This document shows, in pieces, positions 1 to 11,400 of a stretch of 25,468 bases of DNA (positions within the stretch are counted from its first letter, which is position 1; every line of letters begins with the position of its first letter). Below the pieces are notes generated by a model. That model saw only the letters and a list, made by a program, of their open reading frames with translations, searched no databases and was not told the origin of the DNA. The stretch comes from Spirogloea muscicola (Eukaryota): positions 583,638-609,105 of the forward strand of contig WELB01000011.1 in NCBI GenBank assembly GCA_009602725.1, in the 5' to 3' direction. Position numbers and translations under genes: made by a program.

Positions 1-88
1 AGTGGAAGTTGCACAAGGCCTGTTACTTACATTGGCCCTCTTCATTCTGGGTGCCCTCTGCTTAATCACTGTAATTTGTCCGATGCAG

Positions 89-1400
89 GACCCTCAGGTG
101 GTCACAGGATCCCATGACACAACCATAAAGCTCTGGGATCTTGCTGCAGGTTCCCGCCCACAGCTTTGAGCACTACTGCTCATTAATGGTTGCTCTTTGA
201 ATTTCTCTGAGATTGTGTGACAGCAAAGGCTTGCCTGTCATTCTTACATTGTACGCATGGCTAATGCATCCTCAATCTTATGCCATTGCCATCTTGGGAT
301 CATGCTTTGCTGCTGTACTCTGCAGGCAAAACAATGTCAACCCTAACCTTCCATAAGAAGTCCGTCCGAGCATTAGCAATGCATCCCTTTGAGTAAGTGA
401 ATCATTGTGCTATTTATCCAGTGGCCATACTTTGACAATCCTCTCACTGTATTACAGCGCAAAGACCACAACTCTCACGCCGCAAAAAGTATTGAGGGCT
501 TGAGCAGGTCTACTTTGTGCTGCCTGCTCAAAAATGTCACAAGAGTTGTGCAGACATACATTTGCATCGGCGTCGGCAGACAATGTGAAGAAGTTCCGCC
601 TGCCAAAAGGGGAGTTCCTGCATAATATGCTGTGAGTTTGATCATCACGGTCATGTGTCTCTTCCGGGAAACATTTGATCTGACTCATACGATTTGTTCT
701 TAGCAAGCACGGGCTGACTTAGAGAGTACACATGGTACTAGCAAGACTGGCCCTGGGATGTGATTGATTGGACTCCGCTAAGCGGCACAGGTCCCAGCAG
801 AGGACCATTGTCAACTGCATGGCCATCAACGAGGACAACGTGATGGTGTCGGGAGGTGGGTGCTGTATGGCAATCATGCCCAAAGTGGTTGAGATAAGCT
901 GTACTAGGCACCAGAGTATGATTGAGTTGAGAGTAATTGACATGATCAATCATAATGGCAGGTGATAATGGTAGCGTGTGGTGCTGGGACTGGAAGAGCG
1001 GACACAACTACCAGCAGGCGCAGACGGTCGTGCAACCAGGTGCAGATTGACAGTGCGACATTATCAACACCTTGCTGCTTGATGGGTGCATGAGGCGAAC
1101 CCCTAGGACAGCTGTAAGATCAGTTCACCTAAACTTGCAGAACCCCAACTATGAGCCTTTGAATCTCGAGTCGTCATTTTGCAGATTTTGGAAGCTAATG
1201 CCCGTCATGGTGCGGTTGTGTGTGCAGGCTCGCTGGACAGCGAGGCGGGCATCTATGCGCTTTCGTTTGACATGACAGGCTCGCGGCTGGTGACCTGTGA
1301 GGCGGACAAGACGATCAAGATGTGGAAGGAGGACACGACGGCCACGCCTGAGACGCACCCTGTACATTTTCGGCCACCCAAGGACATCCGGCGCTTCTGA
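89..1400 (+). CDS. PRL1: Pleiotropic regulatory locus 1 (PRL1/PLRG1/Prp46) WD40 splicing factor, 3' portion (5' exons lie outside the window)
   Basis: Exons 89-149, 326-392, 554-631, 791-855, 962-1039, 1228-1400, all GT-AG and phase-compatible. They translate to [41 protein letters not shown]...[25 protein letters not shown]...[16 protein letters not shown]...[38 protein letters not shown]...PKDIRRF*, the characteristic PRL1 C-terminus. Confidence 0.95.
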
Positions 1401-1769
1401 GGCGGAGCACTGGCAGCAGGTCCGTGAGGTTCAAAAGCGCCCTTGAAGTGGCCCCCACACAGGCTTCGGTGGACTTTGACCAACTGCTCATACATTCTTG
1501 CCGCTAGCTTATTCCTAAGAATCTCTTAAGCCTCGTTGTAGAACATACAGAAGCCACATTCTAGGTATGTGCAACAGTGGCTACTCAATGACTAATTGAT
1601 CATTACTTGCACTCTCACATGTACCAATTACTCGCGCTGCAAGCAAGTTGTAAAGTTCTTGCATATGGAGCTAGACAAGCTTTGCGCAGCACTTGACTCC
1701 TATGTACAATATCTTAGCCACCAGAGCAATGCAGCAGGGTGACGAATGCCTGCACTGCTTATGGATTCC

Positions 1770-4700
1770 TCAGACTGGCGCATCATAGCCCGTGTGTGTG
1801 GCTTTGTAGCGGTCGAGCAGGTACTGTCCGCTCCGAATTGGTGGATATCTGCAACGGGGAGTGAAAGCTGCCCCTGAGTGTAGGACTCACCCGTAAAACC
1901 AATGCAGAACCAGATCACGTTGCAAACATTTGCAAGAAGGACCTGAGTACTCCGCTTGTGCATAAATCTGCGACCATGACCTTCATGGAGTGGGACTGCC
2001 AATCCTGAAAAGCAGCCCTAAACCCTGATAACGCTGGTCTGACCAGGGCCGCCAAGCACTAACTGCCACATTGAAGCTATTGATTACTAGCTGCTTACTG
2101 CTGAAGCTTGAATCAATCTGATGAGGAGTCAGCAGCAAAGTCTATGCAGAGATGTTGTGCACCTTGGGGGATTGCTAGTGTTGCAGCATGATGGGAGGCA
2201 CTCCACCAAGCAGTCAAAATTGGGCTCAAAGAAGAAGGGAATCTGCACCAATCAATCTTGTGCAAGTCAGTCTGGGCCATCCAATGCATGATATCGTCGC
2301 GCACTTGGCCATGGGCTCCGTGATTTTTGGCAACAACTGATCTTAGGCAACAATCATGTGATACATATTTCTCCAGCATGACCATGAATATTGGCTTACA
2401 GAAAAGCGCTCTTTCCCGGGATTCACCACTCGATGCAATGTGGACCTGCAGCAATAGTAGCTCTGCAGTGTCAAATGTGCAAGGGAGTGCCGCTCTTGAG
2501 GGCCAGTAACCGCGTCCGCAGATAGCTGCACATCTGGATACTTGTGGCAGCCGCTGTCTAGTGATGACATGAATTTGCAACGTCGGCGACATTCAAAGTA
2601 GATCACACAAGGTCAAGTACTGAGATGAGCAACTGCCTACCTGAAACGATTGTTGGTCCACCGCTCAAGCATGTCGCCAAGGTTCACAATGAGGGCCCTA
2701 TGATGAGGAACGTCGACATCCTTTAATTGCTGTGCTCAACATACAAGCAAGTCAATGCCGTGCATGTGGGCGGCAGCACTTTTAGCAGGCGGCACCCCTC
2801 ACCCGGGCAGCGGCTTCACGTCCTCCCACCGCTGTGGCACCTGGTCTTTCTCCTTACAGATCTGCAACACACATACTGAGACCGTGAGAGCTCTGCTCAG
2901 CTACCTTAGGCATGATGCAAGACTGCAGGGCACAAATCTGGTCTATGATACATACTCTTAAGGAAGCTCTCAAGGAGGTCCAGATCCAATACATAGAACG
3001 TGTGAAGCTGTCAAGCAAAAACAGTGACCCAGGCAGCGGTTCAACTACCTGGAGGCCGCAGACGTCATCCGTGAGCAGCAGAGTGAGCATGCCGTAATCC
3101 GTATGTGCGCCAGCACCAAAGACGCCTTCCTCGGGCCTTGATTGCTCCTCTGGGAGATACGCGGCAGCCAGGGCCGTTTAGGCGCAAGCGTACCTTGCTT
3201 CCTATGACTGCAACCATCACAAGTCTGTGACGGTGACGAGCAATCAGAGTCGGGGCACAAGGTGAAGCTAGACTTGGGAACAAGCCATAGGTGTCAGGAT
3301 GAAGAGCACAAGGTCTGAGGTTTGTGGTCAAGGTCTCAGGAAGTTGTCGAAGCTCGAGGGTTGGAGGGGCTCACCACTGTAATGGAGGAGGCGTAGAAAG
3401 AGCATGGGGTCGTCAAACATGCCCGGCTGGAGGAAGTGGCCGACGTCCAGGTCCAGGGCGCACGCGACGTGCTTCAACAGGCGCAGGCCAAGGCGCCTGC
3501 AGACAGGCAGTGGAGATGCGTATGGCCCAGCTGAGCCAGGTGCGTCGTAGGTTCTGAGCCTAAGCTCGGATCAACACAATCAGCAAAATGACGGTGGTGA
3601 TCATTGTGCAAATGGTGCTGGCCAAGGAGCCAATGGATCCTGAGCCATAATCCCTAAGCCCTGGTTATAGACTTCTTACTTTGCTTGCTCAAAGTAGGCC
3701 TCCATGGTCTCCCGCCACCCTGGCAGCAGCTCTGCCCTCAGGAGCATCCATAGAGTCAAGGTTGAAGGGAAAGGATTTACTGCCGATTTTTCCCGAACCG
3801 CCAACTTTGTGCTCCGCACTCAGCATGAAGATTTTAGCTGTCAACTTTGCAGGAACTCGTGACAGTCAGGGCAAAGGTTTCAGGCGGCTCACGTGCGGCG
3901 GGCCACTGGTTAGGCCCGTGAAGCGGCTTGGCGGAGCGTGCATCACCAGCCGGGACCTCCTTGCCAATGTAGAAGCCCTCCTTGGTGTCCCCTGCGCAAG
4001 GCATCCCCCGACGAGAGCCGGCTGAGGCACCCCACAGCATACCCGCACGTTCCGATCGCCTGGCGCGGCAACTGCTCACTGGTCTTGTCTCCAGTGATGG
4101 AGCATGGAGCCCTTAGCAGGCCAGCCACCAGGAGCCCACACCCAGAGACCGCCGCTCTGACACAATTTGTGAGCAAGTCGAGCACCAAAGCTTGGAAGTG
4201 GTGCAGGGAACACACGGCCCCTGACTGCCGGGATTTGGGCCCCTGGCTCAATGGCGCCCACAACTGCCAGCTTGGTGTATTAATAAGGGGCTGCCAGCAG
4301 CTAGCGCACGAGTGAATCTTCATGGACGACAAGCTGAGTACTTCTTGATAGGATTGTGAGGCTTTCGTCAGTCATGTTTGTCCCTTGTCCTTTCATCTTC
4401 GTTTCACAAACCTCCTGAGGAGCCGCAGAGGAGGGTAGGAGGACGACATAGGCTTGACACAGGCTGACTCAAAACCCTGTTCCTAAACCTAAGCCGTAAT
4501 GCTAGCCCGAACCTTAAATCCAAAGTCCTTGATACTAAACCTTTGTAGCATTCGCAGGGCAGGGAGTTCCTTGAGCACAAGTGTGGACACACTCAGAAGT
4601 CCTGAACCTGTGTTTAAGCCCTAAACCTAACTCGAACCCTAAACCCTGAACCTAAACATCAAACCTCTGTGGCATTCGCAGGTCAGGGAGGTCCTTGAAT

Positions 4701-5101
4701 ACAAGTGTGGAGTGGGTGTACCGATGGTCTGGCGGGCGGGGTCGAGGACCTCCTCCCGGAAGGCCGTGTAGCCGCGGTTGTTGGCGTCCTGCGCCACCGC
4801 CATCTTGGCGCCCAGCGGCAGCGCGAAGAAGGCGCGGGCGCCCGCCAGCGCCGCGGCCGCCAGCGCTGCGTCCACGCCGTGGTTCACGACGTAGAAGAAG
4901 CCCGCCTCCACGCACGCCTGCGCCAATTGCAGCGGCGGCGACGAAAGGTCAGCCGCCCAGCAATGGCCTCCGCAGCTCCCGCCGCAGCTGACCCTGGACC
5001 TCACGGCAAACCTTGCGAACGGCCGCGGCGACGGCAGCGTCGCTTCCGGCCAGGTCCACGACGCCGATGGCGCGCTCGCTCGCCGACGGGAGGCCGCTCA
5101 T
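1770..5101 (-). CDS. 2-oxoglutarate/Fe(II)-dependent dioxygenase (DIOX_N + 2OG-FeII_Oxy, isopenicillin-N-synthase-like), about 326 aa, 11 exons
   Basis: Exons 5101-5012, 4917-4722, 3991-3893, 3731-3680, 3496-3375, 3149-3049, 2861-2803, 2697-2641, 2445-2400, 2242-2163, 1848-1770 (sum 981 nt). Motifs: ACVEAGFFYVVNHGV, RGYT, GDTKEGFYIG, HGPNQWP, LRLLHY, GAHTDYGMLTLL (HxD), IVNLGDMLERWTN, STLHRV (distal His), ERFSIPFF (RxS). The ATG sits in a gccgccATG context. Confidence 0.92.
4470..4665 (+). repeat. Degenerate plant-telomere-like (CCCTAAA-type) tract with an associated ~55-bp duplication, in intron 2 of the dioxygenase
   Basis: aaaaccctgttcctaaacctaag...; ccctaaacctaactcgaaccctaaaccctgaacctaaac. 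Segment 4537-4587 (aaacctttgtagcattcgcagggcagggagttccttgagcacaagtgtgga) recurs diverged at 4661-4711. Confidence 0.7.
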
Positions 5102-5246
5102 GGCGGCGGCGGCGGTGGCGGTGGCGGCAGCGGTCTCCCGCCAGCCGAGCGTGAGCGCAGTGGGAGCTAAGAGCAGCAGGTGTGCTTCGCCGGCTGCTGG
5201 CGGGCGCCGCCGCCACCGCCACAGCCGCCGCCGCTACGGGAGGATG

Positions 5247-5297
<51 letters not shown>
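5247..5297 (+). repeat. (CCG)n microsatellite, 17 units with one CCA variant
   Basis: Read directly; it follows an ATG at 5244. Confidence 0.9.
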
Positions 5298-5298
<1 letters not shown>

Positions 5299-5351
5299 AG
5301 GCGGGGATATCGGAGTGTGTCGTGTGATGAAGGCCTGATTGTCCAAGTGAA

Positions 5352-7500
5352 AGAGAGAGAAGGCGCGCGGGGCGCATGAATTGAAAGGGAGGCCAATTCA
5401 AGCCAATACATTGTTCAGGCAGAGTCGAGTGCAGACTAAACAATGCTACATAATACGGAGACCTAATCTAAGGTACCTAAGATGACATTAGTACCCACGG
5501 GTGAGCACAAACAAATCTGACAAGCTAACTTGGGGAAACTTGGTGAAAATGAAATGACTCTTCCCAGTAGAGGCGATGGCTGTGATTGGCTTACCCAGAA
5601 ATTGGTAAATGGCAGGGAGAGTAGCCGTTAGTCCGCAACCTCCAAGGAGAATCTGATCAAATGGAAGCGCGGCCAGATTGACTGGTGGCTGGGAAAGAAG
5701 AAAGAGCTCGCCCACAAGAAGAGATCGTGTATTAGAAAGAAATGTAGGCCAGATGGCCAGGTACAAAGGCAAGCACATAAAGCCCATAGAAGAGAGGGGC
5801 TGGCAGAAGCCAGCCAAAAAAGAATGGACAAAATCCAAAGAGCTACAACAGGTGCCGAAAAGAAGGGAAACACACAGCTAGGCATCTAAACAACTAGACA
5901 TGACGAAACCACAGGAAGCTCAGTACCCGCGGGTGAGCAACATCAGGTCAGAGTAGCTCGAAAGGCCAGCCCAAAAGAATGGACAAGGTCTGAAGGAATT
6001 TGATCTCATTAAACAAGTGCCATGTTGGAGACAGTTCGGCGCAGCGGCTGGGGGATAGAACAATGAGGCTGCAAGAGCGAAGTGCTCGCCCGCAGAGAAC
6101 TGGGGCTGGCAAAGCCAGCCCAAGAGAGAGAGAAGGCGCGCGGGGCGCATGAATTGAAAGGGAGGCCAATTCAAGCCAATACATTGTTCAGGCAGAGTCG
6201 AGTGCAGACTAAACAATGCTACATAATACGGAGACCTAATCTAAGGTACCTAAGATGACATTAGTACCCACGGGTGAGCACAAACAAATCTGACAAGCTA
6301 ACTTGGGGAGCTGGAGCGCCGCCACGAAAGCCGGAGGCCTTTAGAGCGCGCCCTGCACGTTGATGAAGAGCCAATGCTTGCGAGCGCTGCAAACTAAGCG
6401 AGAGCCGCATTCTATAATATGCAACTAAGGCCTGCGGAATGCTGGAGTGGCCCAAGCTGCCCCAAGAAGAATGGACAATGTCCAAAGCCAAAGAAAGAGG
6501 TGCCGGAAAAAAAGAAGAGCTCGCCCATAGAGAGAGGGGCTCGCAAAGCCAAACCAAAAAGAATGGACAATGTCCAAAGCCAAAGAAAGTGCCGGAAAAA
6601 GGACTACACTACAAAGAAAGTGCCCGCCCATAGAGAAGAGGGGCTGGCAAAGCCAACCCAAATAGAATGGACAATGTTCAAAGCCAAAGAAAGAAGTGCC
6701 TACAAAGCGCGAGCCGGTGCAGAGGGAGATGCAGATGGATGCTCAGTATCCACGTGTGAGCAACAGCAGATCAGAGTAACTCGAAGCAGGAAAAGCGGCA
6801 CTCTGCCGAGACCCGGAAGCAGCAGCAGAGAAAGTGCTCGCCCATTGAGAATAGGGGCTGGAAAAGCCAGCCCAGAAAAGAATGAACAGAGTACGAGAAG
6901 CGGGCCAGGGGAAGCGCTAAGATAAACAAGCACACAGAGAAACAAAGCAGCTACGAATCACTCAGTAACCTCTGCTAAGCAGCCGCCGGTCGGAGATGCT
7001 AGGCTCGTGGAAGTGGGTCCCCTGGCCGGAGCCAGAGGCAGCAGCGAGGGCTCTGCCGGCACGAAGTTGCAACGCCTGGGCCATAGACCTCTGCAGCGAG
7101 ACGGCCAGGCGCATTCGATACGCTTGCGCCAGCGACCCGGCTGCAGGAAAGTCTACCGGCTCCCCATGGAAGCGACGGGCGATGGTGTGGCGGGCGAGCT
7201 GGGTGAGCAGCTCGAGCCACCGAGCGCCCAGCGCCCCATGGGTGTCAATGGCCAACGGGAAGAACTCGTCTTCCCCGCGGATGGTCTGCGTACTTCAGCT
7301 CTTCAGCCCGCAGCCATAGCACGCGCGTGGACCGCATGAGCCAAACATTGCTGTAGCGAGACTGCCAGCCTAATACGAAAGAGGCCGAAAGAGGACTACA
7401 CTACCAAACACCACAACGCACTAAGGAAGCTCAGTACCCGCGAGTGAGCAACATCAGGTCGGAGTAGCTCGTTGCCGGGAAGGAGGCACTTCGTCGAGAC
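5352..7500 (-). mobile_element. Island 1: tandem/nested array of 5'-truncated 3' ends of RLE-type (CRE-like) non-LTR retrotransposons
   Basis: Six ORF termini of consensus SDL(F/M/L)xL(T/S)RGY* on the minus strand, with stops near 5488, 5920, 6261, 6742, 6962 and 7430. There is an exact 185-bp duplicate at 5352-5536/6125-6309 and repeated 3'-UTR hairpin units at 6460-6700. The longest piece encodes ELKYADHP..EFFPLAIDTHGALG...RMRLAVSLQRS, matching the KxxKY..FxPxAxxTxG...RLSxxLQR C-terminus of restriction-like endonucleases. Confidence 0.85.
6829..7312 (-). mobile_element. Retrotransposon fragment (subfamily A): RLE C-terminus plus complete 3' UTR
   Basis: ORF 6962..7255 (LAIDTHGALGARWLELLTQLARHTIARRF...YRMRLAVSLQRSMAQALQLRAG...SISDRRLLSRGY*), with a 1-nt frameshift just upstream at about 7275. 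The 3' UTR ends in gggcgagcactttct. A closely similar inverted copy lies at 14600-15159. Confidence 0.85.
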
Positions 7501-8499
7501 CGAAATAGCGGCTGTAAAAGCCAGCCAGGTGCATACAGTTGGTTTTCATACAGTACGGTAGCGGAGCCAGGCTAGGCAAAGAAAGAACTCCCAGTAGTCC
7601 TGTGTCAGCAACAGGATACTAGATGAGCTGGAAAACGGCGCGCCACCCAACGGGGCAGGAAAGGCCAGCGGGCAACAAGAAGCGGCATGTCCACAGGAGG
7701 AGCGACTTGGGCAAATGCATTGACAAATTCATTTTGTATGCCCTCTGTATGCACTCGGCTGGCTTATGACAGTTGCCTCTTAATGTCAGCAGCCGCATCT
7801 TCCGACTTGGCCACATGCGAGAGGCCAGCAAAGTCTTGGAAGCGTGTCGATACCAGCCTCGATGGAAAACGGCTGCTTAAGGCTAAGGAAGGCAAAAGAA
7901 CTGGCACGTGCTTTATGTTATGCCATTCTCAGTATGCTCATACTTCGACCCTTCCCCTCCTTCAAGCTGCAGATGCGCTCCTCGACAACCCATCAGACGA
8001 CTTCACACGCGGCAGGGAGCGCACGTATGTATACATGCTGTGCAGCTGCAGCTGCAGACTTTGCACTTCTGCTGCGCTACGTCGAATGCCACTGCAGGAC
8101 CAAGTCTCGGGTTGCCGCAAGCATGCCTGCCGGGAAGAATTTCCATGTGCAGCAGCGGCAACGAGCACAATGCATGCATAAGAATGCAGTGCAATGCAGT
8201 GCAATCTTTCAAGTGCCGGGACTGGATTGTACAAGCTCAAGCACATAGTGGGCATGCTTGTAAAAGCACACTACTTCTTGGGGAAGCATAGACTTGACCA
8301 AGACAACCTGTGGTGTTGAGTAGGGGATCATTTTTCATCACCTTCTGAAGACAGTGCATCACGGGACTACAGTCCTTGGCAAGATAGATAAGCGCATCAT
8401 AAGTAGCTCATAGGCGGACTAGTCGAGCATCAAAGCCAGCATATACACTACCTGCCAGGCAAGCTGGCATCTGCTGTGTACGGTTGAATCTGCCGTCGC

Positions 8500-11400
8500 T
8501 CATGGACGTGCTGCAGCAGTGGGCGGCCGCTTGCGCTGGCTGGCAATGTGGCGCAGATGAGCGAGGTGAGCGTTATGTGCATTATATCCAGGTCCTCGAG
8601 CGGCCGTCGTTGTGGCAGGGCCAGGCTCGTCTTGGGATGAAGCTGCTGGCGTGGCAACTGAGGCAGTAGGTGAGGCAGCTGGAGTTGACTGCGGAGGCTG
8701 GAAAGATGTCCGCGCCGGCATTGCTGGGCTTGGTGACAGTTGACGCGGGGAAAGCTGAGGAGGTGAGGAAGGGGGCAACACAGTGGCCGTCGGAGGCCTC
8801 TCAGCTCTAGCTGAGGATGACGGCTGCGGGGCACGCGGTTCCGGCGTCGATGCTGGCGGTAGTGGAGGCGCTGCAACAGGGGTCGTGACAGGCAGCGCTG
8901 GAGCCTCCGGGACGCTCCAGGGGCTGGGTGCGTAATCAGCCAGCGGCTGCGAGACCTGCGGACTACCATCGGGCGGCGGCCCAAGCCACTCGGAGGCGCC
9001 GATGAAGTCATAGGACATGAATGGCGCAGCCTGCGTGTCCGTCAGCTCCAAGCTCCAGCTCACCCTTGTGTTCCTGTTTGCACCGGGGCCCCAGCACTTG
9101 TACTGCCATTGCCACGCCACCACTCGCCTGAGGAGTCAGACCTGATCTGTGCTGGCAGAAGGACTACGCAGACCACTATTGTGGCCCAAACGCATGAGAA
9201 CAACCATCTGGCCGCCATATGCCCTCCAAGACATCAACGCATTGCTAAAGCCGATCAAGCCAAATGTCCTAATTAAGCAGTACATGGTCGACGATCTTCT
9301 GATGACTCTGACAGTCAGCGGGCTCAAGAGCAAGCCTTACTGCCCTACCTCTGCATAGAAGGCAGTCTTCTCTGATGCTAACTGCGTGTTGCCCTTGCCC
9401 ATGTGCGTCCACCCCTGCGGAGCAATGACGTTGTCCAAGTATGTGTAGGCAAAAACTACTCTTGAGGCAGGGCCCCACGTTCTGCCTAGATAATCCTGCA
9501 CGCATTCAAAACATGTATGTCCTTGAGAAGCACATTCTCGATGATCCACCCGCTCAAGCTCAAGCTTAGAAGTACCTGCTCAAGCTCAGCTGGTGGCCAC
9601 AGTGTCAGCCAGAAGCTGCTCTGACGTAGTTGAGCTTAATCCTCTGCTCGCACTACTGAGCCACTGTGCTCTTTACTCGTCAGCACACTAAGTACTTGCA
9701 CAGAGCCGATTCGAAATTGCTGTCCGTGGCAGGCTCCATGCTAACAAACCTCATGAAGTCCTGTGACATTGCAGCGGATGAAGACGTAGCCTGTTGCTTC
9801 CTCCCTGCTATGTCTGTTCTGTGCTGTCAAGGCTCCAGCCGCGCCACTAGACCGTTTCTTTGCATACAAGACACATTGCTGGCCAAAGAAGACAACATCA
9901 ACCATAACATTGATCAAACTCCAAAACCTTAGGTGCCTTCCAATCGCAAAGGCAGCATGCGGAAGCTCATGCTGCACATCTGCTTGGTTGCACATCAACG
10001 TGTGCGGCGGTTACAATTTGCAAGTCGTATCAAGGGCCAACACTTTGCAGTAAGATGAATTACAAAAAGAGAGTTGGTGCTTTCCCGGTGGTAAAGGAGA
10101 GAGATTATTCCAGGAGAGGGTGTTGGTAAGCACTAATACATCGCTTAGTGAGGAACCATCGAGCATTCACCTCGTAGATGGACTGCCCGTCTCCAAATAC
10201 AAAGTCGATGGAGCCCTCAATGTAGCAGTTTCTAAAGTAATGACGCCCCTGCATATGTGCAGCACGCTATCATCAACGGTGTTAAGCAGGTTCCGAGGAG
10301 GATAGCAACGTAGATTGTGGCTGCGAGCGTTGTAGCTTGCAGAGAGATCTCAATGTGGACAATTGTGAGCGCGCCAAAGCTCACCTGATTGTCAAACAAT
10401 GTGTCTTGCCATCCCAAGAACCTGCAATTGAAGAAGGCCGACGCATCTCCTGCAATACGCAGAGCGACCGCCATGCCACTCATGCTGGGCTTCGGCTCAG
10501 GTGCCGCATTCTGTGCAAAAGAGAAATTGCATCAGCAGCGCCTTCTTAAAGATCCGTTACCAATATATGCATGCCCTGCACCCTACGGTGGCAGGAATGA
10601 GCTAACTGCTCAGTGGCAAGCCTGGCATAAGCATGCATGTTTGGCTTTGAGGGCTGCGAGCTGCTGACCGTGAAGGTGATGTTGCTGGCGATGAAGTGCG
10701 AGGCAAAGATACAAGTGGAGCACGTCTTGAAGGTGCCGAGTGGCTCTGCTTCTTCCTGGTCCCTTTGAGGCACTAGCTCGCCGGCCCAGTCTGCCCATGT
10801 AAGCACGGTTAAAGCAGCATCCAGGCCCTGCAGCGTGATGAATGGCTTCTCCTTGGGTATCACAATCTTCTCGCTGCCGCCATCCAACAAATATAGTGAC
10901 AAAAGGGTGAGGCCTTAGAAGCCAAGACAGCATCCACATAGCACGAGCACTAAGACAGTCGAAATGTAATCACATTGCAGGGCTAGTAGGTAACTCTCAG
11001 CAGTATGGGGAAGAACATTGGCCGAATGTTCTTCCCCAACATTGGCTGAATGTTCTTCCCCATACACAATCTGGTCAACAATCACGACCTGATGACGGTT
11101 GTTGCAAAATATATTCTGGGAAGTCAGGGCTTACGCATACGTCCCAGGCATGATGAGGATCACAACTCGGTGCTCGTTGCCGTCAGGGACCTGGTTTATT
11201 GCAGCCTGCACGGTCTCGAAGTTGCCAGAGCCGTCCTTGGCGACTGTATATGTGTACGGGAAGAAGCTGCCCCATCCAGAGGGTATGTCTTTTGACATAT
11301 CTATACTCTTGAAGGTTCCACCGGCTGCCAAAGCAGGCGCTAAGTTTTCGGAGGTTTTGACCAGCTCTGGCGCTTGAAATGGAGCTCCGCTGGCATCAGC

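Noticed and set aside
4652..5443. Multiple Arg/Pro/Gly/Ala-rich ORFs in alternative frames
   Set aside because: Shadow frames of GC-rich exons and GCC microsatellites.
6460..6700. Repeat-spacer-like pattern suggestive of a CRISPR array
   Set aside because: Units are about 90-110 nt, the 'spacers' are homologous to each other, the context is eukaryotic with no cas genes, and they are tandem retrotransposon 3' ends.
6419..6925. Lys/Arg-rich 168-aa plus-strand ORF
   Set aside because: Antisense translation of pyrimidine-rich retrotransposon 3' UTR repeats.
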